A stretch of 64,000 nucleotides of DNA from Candidatus Zhuqueibacterota bacterium. Its GTDB lineage: Bacteria > Zhuqueibacterota > Zhuqueibacteria > Oceanimicrobiales > Oceanimicrobiaceae. Shown piece by piece: positions 39,488 to 48,481 of this stretch; the first letter of the stretch is position 1; every line of letters begins with the position of its first letter. The position numbers and the translations under genes are program-made. The DNA is taken from contig JAJDAD010000034.1 of NCBI GenBank assembly GCA_029262055.1, forward strand, positions 102,430 to 166,429, given 5' to 3'. The notes beneath the pieces were generated by a model. That model searched no databases and was not told the DNA's origin. It worked only from the letters and a program-made list of their open reading frames with translations.

Positions 39488-40871
39488 CAGTTTCGACCTC
39501 GCTGTAATTGGGGGTGGACCCGGTGGGTATGTAGCAGCAATCCGGGCTTCGCAATTGGGCATGAAGACGTGCGTGATCGAGAAGGACCGCCTTGGTGGCC
39601 TTTGCCTGAACTGGGGCTGTATCCCAAGCAAGGCCTTACTGCGCAGCGCCGAGGTGTATCACCTGGTGCAGCAGGCTGACGAGTACGGCATACAGGTTGG
39701 GGCAGTGAATTTCGATGCGAGCAAGATTATCAAACGCAGTAGAGCCACTGCGGATAAACTCAGCAAGGGCGTCTCGTTTCTTCTAAAGAAGAACAAGGTG
39801 ACGCACATCTCCGGACACGGCTCTCTTGCCGGTGATGGACAGATCACAGTCGTCAATGACGGCAAGACAGAGAGTATTCAGGCGCGCAATATTGTCGTGG
39901 CCACGGGTGGTTTCACGCGTTCTCTGCCGGGTGTCACCATCGACGGCAAGAAGATCATCTCCAGCAGAGAAGCGCTTGTTCTCGACAAGCTTCCGAAATC
40001 TATCATTATTATTGGGGGCGGCCCTATCGGCGTGGAGTTTGCGTATTTTTACAATGCCTTTGGGGTGAAATGCTCGATTGTAGAAATGCTGTCTCACATC
40101 CTGCCGTTTGAGGATAAAGAAATTGCTACCACTCTGCAGCGCAGTTTCAAGAAGAAAAAGATGGCGATCCTGACGGAGACCAGGGTCGAGAGCATCAAGA
40201 GCAGCGCCAAGGGCGTGACGGTTGACGTGTCAACCAAGTCCGGCAGCAAGACGCTGACCGGTGACCTGGCGCTGATGGCCGTTGGATTCGGTGGCATGGT
40301 CGAGAATGTTGGATTGGAGAAGGTCGGTGTAAAAATTGAGAAGACTTTCATCAAAGTAGACGAGAATTACCAAACCAACGTCCCCGGTGTCTTTGCCATC
40401 GGTGATGTGATCGGACCGCCGCTATTGGCGCATGTCGCCTCTGCCGAAGCCATTTTCATGGTGGAAAAGTTGGCAGGTCATGACGCCGTGCCGGTCGACT
40501 ATGCCAACATCCCCGGGTGTACCTATTGCCAGCCACAAGTAGCCAGCGTAGGCTTAACCGAACAGAAAGCCATCGAGGCCGGTTACAGCGTGAAAGTCGG
40601 CAAGTTCCCGTTCCAGGCGAACGGCAAATCTATCGCCATCGGCGAGACCGAAGGTATGGTAAAGTTGATTTTTGAGGAGAAATACGGGGAGTTGCTTGGT
40701 GCCCACATCATCGGCGTCGAAGCAACGGACATGATTGCAGAGCTCGGCCTTGCCAGATCTCTGGAAACGACTTACACCGAGGTTCTCAAAACCGTGCATG
40801 CGCATCCGACGCTTTCGGAAGCCGTCATGGAGGCTGCGGGCGACGCGTTGGGTGAGGCAATACACATTTAA
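39471..40871 (+). CDS. lpdA: dihydrolipoyl dehydrogenase (E3)
   Basis: GGGPGGYVAAIRASQLG FAD motif, redox-active disulfide GGLCLNWGCIPSK, C-terminal dimerisation domain with the HAHPTLSE His-Pro-Glu motif. Confidence 0.9.
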   Translation: MAAKTDSFDLAVIGGGPGGYVAAIRASQLGMKTCVIEKDRLGGLCLNWGCIPSKALLRSAEVYHLVQQADEYGIQVGAVNFDASKIIKRSRATADKLSKGVSFLLKKNKVTHISGHGSLAGDGQITVVNDGKTESIQARNIVVATGGFTRSLPGVTIDGKKIISSREALVLDKLPKSIIIIGGGPIGVEFAYFYNAFGVKCSIVEMLSHILPFEDKEIATTLQRSFKKKKMAILTETRVESIKSSAKGVTVDVSTKSGSKTLTGDLALMAVGFGGMVENVGLEKVGVKIEKTFIKVDENYQTNVPGVFAIGDVIGPPLLAHVASAEAIFMVEKLAGHDAVPVDYANIPGCTYCQPQVASVGLTEQKAIEAGYSVKVGKFPFQANGKSIAIGETEGMVKLIFEEKYGELLGAHIIGVEATDMIAELGLARSLETTYTEVLKTVHAHPTLSEAVMEAAGDALGEAIHI

Positions 40872-40928
40872 TCGTAGTGCGAGTTACTGTTCGGCCAAAC
40901 TCATTTTAGGGCTCAAAGGGCTGAGGAT

Positions 40929-41645
40929 TTGCAGAACGCTACGCTTTTGACAACCGGCTTGCTCGACTACCAGTCCGCCTGGGATTTGCAGAAATCGATC
41001 ATTGCGGACCGGATTGCCGGAAACGTTCCGGACACTCTGATTATGACGGAACATCCGCACACGTACACGCTCGGCAAGACCGGGCGGGAAGACCACCTGG
41101 TCGCGGATGAACTGAGCCTGCAGAGAAGAGGAATCACCGTATACCGTATTGACCGTGGCGGGGATATCACCTACCACGGGCCGGGGCAGATAGTGGGATA
41201 TCCGATTCTTGATTTGCACAATCATTTCCTTGATTTGCATAAATATTTGCGTGCGCTGGAGGAAGTGCTGATTTTGACCTTGTCCGATTATGGCATCGCG
41301 GCCGGCAGGGAAGAAGGCATGACAGGGGTCTGGATCGATGGCGCCAAGATAGCAGCAATCGGAGTAAAAGTAAGCCGTTGGGTTACCATGCACGGCTTCG
41401 CGTTCAACGTGAACACTGATTTAAGCTATTTTAATAATATTGTTCCGTGCGGCATAAGCGACAAGCCTGTGACTTCACTCGCTCAGCTTCTGGGCCGGGA
41501 GCCGGACCATCTGGAAGTAGAGGAAGTCGTGGCCAGCCGCTTTGCCGAGATTTTTCACTTAAAGTGGCTGACTGCCACAGAGATACCGACATCCATGAAA
41601 GCTGCAAGAGATTACCTCGTGGCCCCGCGAAGGGTGGTGGCCTGA
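40929..41645 (+). CDS. lipB: lipoyl(octanoyl) transferase
   Basis: RGGDITYHGPGQIVGYPIL and the catalytic-Lys region AAIGVKVSRWVTMHGFAFNV. Confidence 0.85.
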   Translation: MQNATLLTTGLLDYQSAWDLQKSIIADRIAGNVPDTLIMTEHPHTYTLGKTGREDHLVADELSLQRRGITVYRIDRGGDITYHGPGQIVGYPILDLHNHFLDLHKYLRALEEVLILTLSDYGIAAGREEGMTGVWIDGAKIAAIGVKVSRWVTMHGFAFNVNTDLSYFNNIVPCGISDKPVTSLAQLLGREPDHLEVEEVVASRFAEIFHLKWLTATEIPTSMKAARDYLVAPRRVVA

Positions 41646-41646
41646 G

Positions 41647-43194
41647 ATGGCGAGATTACACGAATATCAAGGCAAAGAAATCCTGCGGCAATTCAAAGTG
41701 AAGACGCCGATGGGCTTTCTTGCGTCGACGCCCGAGGAAGCCGCGCAGGCGGCCAAAAAAGTGGGTGGGCGCACAGTTGTGAAGGGGCAGGTTTGGCTTA
41801 CATCCCGGGCCGCGCTCGGTGCGATTCAATTCGCTGAAGATGAGACCGAAGCAAAAACACGGGCCGCGAGTATCCTCGGTCTGAAGTTGAATGATTTCGC
41901 AATAGAGCAGGTTCTGGTCGAAGAAGTCATCGACATCCAGCGCGAATTCTATGCCGGCATTATCATCGACGACTCTGCCAAGGCGCCGGTCATGATCTTT
42001 AGTTCCATCGGTGGTTCCGGCATTGAGGAGATCGCGGAGGAGCATCCGGATAAAGTTGCAAAGGCCACCATCGATATCGGAACGGGTCTGCGCGATTACC
42101 AGGCGCGCAACTTGATCCGGCGCACCGGCATCGGCGGCAAGCTTCAGATGCAGCTGGCCAATGTCCTGGTGAAGCTTTGGCAGGCCGCCCGCAAGTACGA
42201 AGCTCGTTCCGCAGAGATCAACCCGCTGGTCCTCACCGGCGCAGGTGATGTGCTGGCCGCGGATTGCCGGATTACGGTTGACGATTATGCTGTGTTCAGG
42301 CACCCGGATCTCGGCATAGAGATTGCCCGAGAGTTGAACCGTCCGCCTTCACGGCTGGACAAGATTGCCTACGACGTTGAAAAAGACGACTACCGCGGTA
42401 CCTTCTATTTTATCCAAATGGAACAAGGGTTTGAGGCCGGACAGGGCTTCGTTGGGTTCCACGGTGCGGGTGGTGGCGGCTCCATGATGTCCATGGACGC
42501 CTTGCACGCGCAAGGATTCAAGCTGGCCAACTTCACCGACACCAGCGGCAATCCGGCTGCATCGAAAGTCTACCGGGCGGCTCGCATCATTTTGGCACAA
42601 AAGAACATCGATGCTTATTTCGGCTCCGGCTCCGGAGTTGCGAGCCAGGAACAGTTCCACTCGGCGCGGGGCCTCGCAAAGGCGTTTATTGAGGAAAACC
42701 TGTCTATCCCCGCAGTCATCCGCCTGGGCGGCAACTCGGAAGACAAAGCCATCGATATTCTGGAAAAGTGTACCGAGCATCTGCCGGTGCCGGTGGAAGG
42801 CTACAAAAAAGATGACTCCGCTCACTTTTGCGCTGAGCGGCTGACGCAGCTGGTGAAGGAGTTTGACGGGTCGCAGGCTGCGGGACAAGGCTTCAGCAAA
42901 CCGGAATTTGATAAACCGTACCGGTTCGAGTCTATAACCGGCTCCATCACGTTTGACCACGGCGTGTGCGCTGACTGTGACCACAAGGCTTGTGTTGAGA
43001 GCTGTATTCCTGAGATTTTGCGTCTCGACGATGACGGTTTGCCGGTTCTGGCAATCAGCGCCGAGGAAGCGAAGGCAGGCAAATGCATCGAGTGTCTTGC
43101 CTGTGAGATGGAGTGCATTTATCATGGCAAGCGTGGCGCGTACATCGACTTGCCCATCGCAGGTTTGGACGAATACCTGGAGGAGGCGACCTGA
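41647..43194 (+). CDS. SucC-like ATP-grasp subunit (succinyl-CoA synthetase beta / citryl-CoA synthetase large-subunit family) with a C-terminal ferredoxin-like 2x[4Fe-4S]-motif extension
   Basis: N-terminus MARLHEYQGKEIL matches the SucC/AclA start. ~390-aa ATP-grasp + CoA-ligase body, then ~125 extra aa with CADCDHKACVESCIP and CIECLACEMECIY cysteine clusters. Confidence 0.6.
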   Translation: MARLHEYQGKEILRQFKVKTPMGFLASTPEEAAQAAKKVGGRTVVKGQVWLTSRAALGAIQFAEDETEAKTRAASILGLKLNDFAIEQVLVEEVIDIQREFYAGIIIDDSAKAPVMIFSSIGGSGIEEIAEEHPDKVAKATIDIGTGLRDYQARNLIRRTGIGGKLQMQLANVLVKLWQAARKYEARSAEINPLVLTGAGDVLAADCRITVDDYAVFRHPDLGIEIARELNRPPSRLDKIAYDVEKDDYRGTFYFIQMEQGFEAGQGFVGFHGAGGGGSMMSMDALHAQGFKLANFTDTSGNPAASKVYRAARIILAQKNIDAYFGSGSGVASQEQFHSARGLAKAFIEENLSIPAVIRLGGNSEDKAIDILEKCTEHLPVPVEGYKKDDSAHFCAERLTQLVKEFDGSQAAGQGFSKPEFDKPYRFESITGSITFDHGVCADCDHKACVESCIPEILRLDDDGLPVLAISAEEAKAGKCIECLACEMECIYHGKRGAYIDLPIAGLDEYLEEAT

Positions 43195-44099
43195 TGTCAA
43201 TCCTAATCGACGATGATACCAGAGTGCTCGTGCAGGGCATCACGGGCCGCGAAGGATACACACGCGCCAAGCTCATGATGGAATATGGCACCAAAGTGGT
43301 CGCAGGGGTCACACCGGGAAAGGGCAACCAGACCGTCCTGGACGTGCCGGTCTATGACACGGTAGAGCAGGCCGTGGAAGCCGCACCGGAACTGAACACT
43401 TCCGTGATATTTGTTCCGGCGCCACTGGTTAAGAATGCTGCTCTTGAGGCCATCGATGCCGGTATCAAACTGCTGGTCATCGTGCCGGACCGCGTGCCTA
43501 TTTACGATGTTCTCGAAATTGCGAGTGCAGCCCGGCTGAATGGCGCCAAATTTGTCGGCCCGAACACTTTGGGTTTGCTATCCGTCGGCAAAGGTGTGTT
43601 GGGCATGATTGGCGGCAGGGCTGAGACCGCCCGCGCCTGGTTCAAGCCGGGCGACGTTGGCGTTACCTCGCGCAGCGGCGGCATTACGTCCTCTATCTCT
43701 TACTACTTAAGCAAAAGTGGAGTCGGTCTCAGTTCCATTGTCCACGTCGGGGGTGACGCCATCGTCGGGACGCCACATCCCGAAGTGATCAGGCTCTTTC
43801 AGGAGGATGACGCCACCAGGGCGGTGGTCATGTTCGGCGAGATCGGCACCACACAGGAAGAACAAGTGGCGGACCTGATCGAGCAAGGCATCTTCACCAA
43901 ACCGCTCATTGCGTTCATCGGCGGTAAGGCCGCGAAGTCCGGCACCAGGTTTTCACATGCCGGCGCCATCGTGGAAGGCAACCGCGGCACACACGAGAGC
44001 AAAGTGAAGCGACTGAAAGAGGTGGGTGCACATATTGTTGACAATTTTGATGATATTCCAACAGTAACACAAGAGGTTTTAAGGAAGTTGAAAACATGA
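43194..44099 (+). CDS. SucD-like CoA-binding subunit (succinyl-CoA synthetase alpha / citryl-CoA synthetase small-subunit family)
   Basis: Start ATG overlaps the upstream stop (TGATG) behind a GGAGGAGG RBS. CoA-binding motif VLVQGITGREG; phospho-His loop region GxxGxIxxSGG (SRSGGITSSISYY). The track's 43113 start is an upstream in-frame artefact. Confidence 0.65.
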   Translation: MSILIDDDTRVLVQGITGREGYTRAKLMMEYGTKVVAGVTPGKGNQTVLDVPVYDTVEQAVEAAPELNTSVIFVPAPLVKNAALEAIDAGIKLLVIVPDRVPIYDVLEIASAARLNGAKFVGPNTLGLLSVGKGVLGMIGGRAETARAWFKPGDVGVTSRSGGITSSISYYLSKSGVGLSSIVHVGGDAIVGTPHPEVIRLFQEDDATRAVVMFGEIGTTQEEQVADLIEQGIFTKPLIAFIGGKAAKSGTRFSHAGAIVEGNRGTHESKVKRLKEVGAHIVDNFDDIPTVTQEVLRKLKT

Positions 44100-44890
44100 C
44101 TGACAAGAGTTTGCATTGGAAAACTGCCGTGTCCAAGATTGGACCGAACGAGGTTCGGTTGCGCGGTTACAGGATAGATGAACTGATGGGACGTACGACT
44201 TTTGGCCAGGCCGTCTACCTCGCGCTGAAAGGTGAGTTGCCAACAGAGAATGCCGGTAGGATCATCGACGCGATTCTGGTCTCCTCCATTGACCACGGTG
44301 CGACGCCGCCGTCGGCGCTGGCCGCCATGACCGTGGCATCAACAGGTTCGCCGCTCAATGCGGCTGTCGCCAGCGGCATCCTGGCAATCTCAAAGTACCA
44401 CGGCGGCGCCATTGAGGATTGCATGGGGGCCTTGCTGCAAGTACAGGACAAGATCAAAGCACGACAGTTGGAAATAGGCGTAGCCGCAGAAGAGCTGGTG
44501 GGCGAATATAAGCAGATTCGCCGCAGAATATCGGGTTTCGGCCACCGGTTGCACACGAAAGATCCCCGCACCGAGCGTCTGTTCACATTAGCTGATGAGC
44601 TCAATATAGGGACGCACTACCTCGAGATCGCGCAGGCGATCGAAAGTGAGCTGGAAAAACAATCAGGTAAGAAGCTACCCATCAACGTTGACGGCGCCAT
44701 CGCTGCGGTGCTCTGTGAGTTAGAGTTTTCTCCAAAGCTGGCCAACGCATTTTTCATGATTGCGCGCCTGCCGGGCCTGGTGGCGCATGTGTACGAAGAG
44801 CAAAACCGGCACCGGCCCATGCGTGCGATTCACCCAAAAGACCATGAATACGACGGACCTGAAGACAGGAGGATGCAAGATAATGGATAA
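44096..44890 (+). CDS. short citrate-synthase-family protein, citryl-CoA lyase-like
   Basis: 264 aa (citrate synthase is ~430). Citrate-synthase motifs YHGGAIED and GFGHRLHTKDPR. Overlaps the upstream gene by 4 nt. Confidence 0.6.
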   Translation: MTDKSLHWKTAVSKIGPNEVRLRGYRIDELMGRTTFGQAVYLALKGELPTENAGRIIDAILVSSIDHGATPPSALAAMTVASTGSPLNAAVASGILAISKYHGGAIEDCMGALLQVQDKIKARQLEIGVAAEELVGEYKQIRRRISGFGHRLHTKDPRTERLFTLADELNIGTHYLEIAQAIESELEKQSGKKLPINVDGAIAAVLCELEFSPKLANAFFMIARLPGLVAHVYEEQNRHRPMRAIHPKDHEYDGPEDRRMQDNG

Positions 44891-45422
44891 AAAAACTTTG
44901 CTGGAAGTCATTCCCGAGTTTAATCTGATTAAAGATGAAGAGCTGCGGGAAAACACAATTGCGATCTGGGAGGAGGCGACCAATTACCGCAATTGGACGG
45001 TGGAAGAGCTGCTGAATATTCCGTTTACTCTACTGGCGGATAATGTCAAAATCACCTACTTAGAGCATGTTCGCACTGTTTGTAAAATGTGCGTTGCCTG
45101 CGACGACGTTCTCACCGAAGCCTACCATGAGCGCAAGACACCGGTTAACCGCGACTACCTTGTGGCAGGCGCAATGCTGGCGGATGTCGGCAAGCTTTAT
45201 GAATACGACAAAGAGGACGGGAAGGTCGTGAAGAGTAAGCACGGCAAGTATCTGCGCCACCCGTTCAGTGGCGTTGGCTTGTGTTTTAAATACAACATCC
45301 CTGAAGAAGTCATGCACATTGTCGCAGTACATTCAAAGGAGGGTGACCATTTCCCCAGGTCACCCGAAGCAATCATCTTACACCACGCAGACTTTATCGA
45401 CTTCGATCTGGTCCGCATATAA
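44883..45422 (+). CDS. HD-domain phosphohydrolase
   Basis: ATG at 44883 (MDKKTLLEV) overlaps the previous stop by 8 nt; H...HD...H...D metal-binding pattern (AYHERK...LADVGK...HSKEGDH...HHADFID); 179 aa. The track start at 44760 is an upstream in-frame extension. Confidence 0.6.
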   Translation: MDKKTLLEVIPEFNLIKDEELRENTIAIWEEATNYRNWTVEELLNIPFTLLADNVKITYLEHVRTVCKMCVACDDVLTEAYHERKTPVNRDYLVAGAMLADVGKLYEYDKEDGKVVKSKHGKYLRHPFSGVGLCFKYNIPEEVMHIVAVHSKEGDHFPRSPEAIILHHADFIDFDLVRI

Positions 45423-45463
45423 GTAAACAAGGCACTTTAACGACAAAGATAGGATAACATACG

Positions 45464-46582
45464 ATGGCAAAATACAAAATCGCGTGGTTGCCCGGTGACG
45501 GGGTTGGTGTCGATGTAATGAATGCGGCCCGGGTCGTTTTGGACGCACTGAAACTCGACGCTGATTATGAGCACGGAGACATCGGATGGGAATTCTGGAA
45601 AACGGAAGGAAACCCGCTACCGGATAGAACCATCGACTTGCTGAAACGGACTGATGCTTGTCTTTTCGGCGCTATCACGTCGCTGCCCAAGGAAGAGGCA
45701 CAGTCGCAACTGGTCCCGGAGCTGCAGTGTAAAGGCTTGACTTACTCAAGTCCAATCGTGCGCTTGCGGCAGGAATTCAACCTGCACACGAACTTGCGTC
45801 CGTGCAAGGCGTTTGCCGGTAACCCGCTTAACTACAAGGATGACATTGACCTGGTCGTCTTTCGTGAGAACACTGAAGACATGTATGTCGGCATCGAATT
45901 CCATCCCGTCCCGGACGAGGTCGTGGATGTTCTGGTTAAGCATCAGCCGAAGATGAAGCGCTTCGCTGCCACGCCCACAGATGAAATGGCGATCACCTTG
46001 CGCATCAATACCATCAAAGCTTCAGAATCGATCGTGAGGCAGGCTTTTGAGTACGCGAAAAAACACGGCTACAAGACTGTCACTATCGTTGAAAAGCCCA
46101 ATGTACTACGTGAGACTGGCGGTCTTGTCCTGCGCACCGCACGTAAGGTTGCCGCCAAATACCCTGGCATCGATCTATGGGAAACCAACATAGACGCCAT
46201 GTGCATGTGGTTGGTCAAGAACCCACAGGATTACGGTGTACTGGTCGCCACCAACATGTTCGGCGATATCGTGTCGGACCTTTGTGCACAACTGGTGGGT
46301 GGCCTCGGCTTCGCTTCCAGTGGCAACATCGGTGATAATTACGCAGTTTTTGAGCCCACGCATGGGTCCGCGCCGAAGTATGCCGGACAAAACAAAGTGA
46401 ACCCAATGGCCATGCTGTTGACCGTCAAGTTGATGTTGGACTGGCTTGGAGAGCTGGACATGGGTGGCAGGCTGGAAGAGGCCATCGCCCACGTGATCCA
46501 GGCAGGAGAGGTGAAGACTTACGACATGGGCGGCAATTCGTCCACGCTTGATGTTGCAAAAGAAGTCAGCCGAAATCTCTAA
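45464..46582 (+). CDS. isocitrate/isopropylmalate dehydrogenase-family beta-decarboxylating dehydrogenase
   Basis: N-terminal KIAWLPGDGVGVDV, the metal/substrate motif region (NMFGDIVSDLCAQLVGGLGFASSGNIG); 372 aa. Substrate cannot be assigned from sequence alone. Confidence 0.8.
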   Translation: MAKYKIAWLPGDGVGVDVMNAARVVLDALKLDADYEHGDIGWEFWKTEGNPLPDRTIDLLKRTDACLFGAITSLPKEEAQSQLVPELQCKGLTYSSPIVRLRQEFNLHTNLRPCKAFAGNPLNYKDDIDLVVFRENTEDMYVGIEFHPVPDEVVDVLVKHQPKMKRFAATPTDEMAITLRINTIKASESIVRQAFEYAKKHGYKTVTIVEKPNVLRETGGLVLRTARKVAAKYPGIDLWETNIDAMCMWLVKNPQDYGVLVATNMFGDIVSDLCAQLVGGLGFASSGNIGDNYAVFEPTHGSAPKYAGQNKVNPMAMLLTVKLMLDWLGELDMGGRLEEAIAHVIQAGEVKTYDMGGNSSTLDVAKEVSRNL

Positions 46583-46651
46583 TATCGGCAACGGACTCTT
46601 CCTGATTTGGTAGATGTCCACAGTCCCCTAAAACGTAATCGTAGGAGCATC

Positions 46652-48025
46652 ATGGATTCCATTGCAAGGCAAATAGCACGCTTCTCATTAGGCCTGAAAT
46701 ATGATGATCTGCCGGCAGAAGTCGTGCACGAAGTCAAACGCTATCTTTATGATTCAATTGGTTGTGCTTATGGCGGTTACTCAACGCATGATGTCGGAAT
46801 TATCAAGAAAATCTATGCGGACATGGGCGGGAAGGCCGAGGCCACCGTCATTGGCTCGTCAGACAAGATGCCCGCGTACAACGCGACATTCCTGAACAGC
46901 CTAATGGTGCGTGCACTTGACTTTAATGACATCTATTGGAAAGAGGATCCAAGCCATCCGAGTGACATCATTCCTGTCGCCCTCGCGGTAGGAGAGCGGG
47001 AGGGCAAATCCGCGAAGGAGATTATCACCGCCATCGTACTCGCTTATGAGTTCGAGATGCGCCTGTGCGAGTTCGCCAAGCCGGGCGTGCGCGAACGCAA
47101 GTGGCACCACGCCACCCTGACGCAATTTGTCTCGCCCATCGTGGCCGGCTATTTGATGGACCTGACCGAAGACCAGATGGTACACGCAATCGGCATTTCC
47201 GGCTCCCACAATCTCACACTGGGTGCGGTGACCGCCGGTCAGTTGACCATGATGAAAAATACGGTTGACCCAATGGCGAGCCAGAGCGGTGTCATGGCCG
47301 CCCTGATGGCAAGGGAAGGGTTCACGGGTACGGAACAGATTTTTGAGGGGAAAGAAGGACTGATGCAGACGCTCGGTCCGGCGTGGGATGAAAACGAGCT
47401 GGTGGGCAATCTCGGCGACGCGTACAAGATTCTTGATTGTTCGATGAAGGCATTCCCGTGTGAAGCCTTAACCCACTCGCACATCTCAGCCACGCTCAAA
47501 GTGATCACTGAAAACGACATCCATCCGGATGACATCGAGGAGATCACGGTAACAACCATTGCGCGCGCGGTCGACATTCTTTTTGATGCTGAAAAATACC
47601 GGCCCACCTCACGCGAAACGGCAGACCACAGTTTGCCCTATTGTATTGCGGCTGCCGTGGTAGATCGCAAAATTACGACAGACCAGTTCAGTGATGAGAG
47701 AATCCCTGACCCTCAGATCCAGAGTGTTCTGGCAAAAATCAAGGGGGAGGCCAGTGAGGAATTTGAGAAAATGTTCCCTGCCAAACAACCCTCGAAGGTT
47801 CGTGTCAGGCTGAAAAGCGGCGCGGAGCATTCGGCACAGTTGGACTACCCGAAAGGTGACCCACGCGAGCCCATGACTGAAGAGGATTTGGACAACAAAT
47901 TCAGAAGCCTGAGCTCTGGTCTCCTGAGTGCCGAAGGCTGTGATCGCGTAAAGTCAGCCATCTGGAACCTGGAAGATTTCCAGGATCTCGGGCGCTTCAT
48001 GGCAGTGCTGAAAATCGATAAATAA
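46652..48025 (+). CDS. MmgE/PrpD-family protein (2-methylcitrate dehydratase-like)
   Basis: Family N-terminus MDSIARQIARFSLGLKYDDLPAEVVHEVKRYLYDSIGCAYGG; likely ATG at 46652 after AGGAG; ~457 aa. Confidence 0.8.
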   Translation: MDSIARQIARFSLGLKYDDLPAEVVHEVKRYLYDSIGCAYGGYSTHDVGIIKKIYADMGGKAEATVIGSSDKMPAYNATFLNSLMVRALDFNDIYWKEDPSHPSDIIPVALAVGEREGKSAKEIITAIVLAYEFEMRLCEFAKPGVRERKWHHATLTQFVSPIVAGYLMDLTEDQMVHAIGISGSHNLTLGAVTAGQLTMMKNTVDPMASQSGVMAALMAREGFTGTEQIFEGKEGLMQTLGPAWDENELVGNLGDAYKILDCSMKAFPCEALTHSHISATLKVITENDIHPDDIEEITVTTIARAVDILFDAEKYRPTSRETADHSLPYCIAAAVVDRKITTDQFSDERIPDPQIQSVLAKIKGEASEEFEKMFPAKQPSKVRVRLKSGAEHSAQLDYPKGDPREPMTEEDLDNKFRSLSSGLLSAEGCDRVKSAIWNLEDFQDLGRFMAVLKIDK

Positions 48026-48060
48026 AAGAAGCCGGGAGGGACAAAACGCGGTGAAATTGT

Positions 48061-48089
48061 TTGACTTATAGCATCGCAGTCTTTATATT
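48061..48089 (+). promoter_or_regulatory. candidate sigma70 promoter TTGACT-17-TATATT upstream of nuoA
   Basis: Good -35/-10 hexamers with 17-nt spacing, 39 nt upstream of the nuoA ATG. Confidence 0.4.
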
Positions 48090-48127
48090 GCGACGTCTCA
48101 AACAGACCTGTCTCCGGCATATCTCAA

Positions 48128-48481
48128 ATGAATGAACTGATTGCAGTCTTAATAATGTTTCTGGGCACTGGCGCTCTGGTTGCGGTGATGCTTTCCCTCT
48201 CAAACTGGCTCGGGCCGAAGAAGATGAACCCGGTCAAAAGCGAGACCTTTGAGTGCGGCAATATCCCTATCAGCGTAACCTCCAACCGTTTTCCGGTTAA
48301 GTTCTACACCGTCGCCATTCTGTTCGTCTTGTTTGACATAGAAATCGTCTTTCTGTTCCCCTGGTCGGTTGTTTTTCAAAGCCTGGGCATGCAGGCCTTT
48401 GTTTCCATGGTGTTGTTCATCGGGGTCCTGGTTCTCGGCCTTGCTTACGCCTGGAGGAGGGGGGCGTTGCAATGGGACTGA
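48128..48481 (+). CDS. nuoA: NADH-quinone oxidoreductase subunit A
   Basis: 117 aa, 3 TM helices, conserved FDIEIVFLFPW. Confidence 0.9.
   Translation: MNELIAVLIMFLGTGALVAVMLSLSNWLGPKKMNPVKSETFECGNIPISVTSNRFPVKFYTVAILFVLFDIEIVFLFPWSVVFQSLGMQAFVSMVLFIGVLVLGLAYAWRRGALQWD

Noticed and set aside
41647-43194. Plain succinyl-CoA synthetase beta subunit (sucC) call
   Set aside because: Not excluded, but the partner is followed by a short citrate-synthase-fold gene in a tightly overlapped operon and the protein carries a 125-aa Cys-cluster extension. I therefore called it SucC-like / citryl-CoA-synthetase-like rather than sucC.
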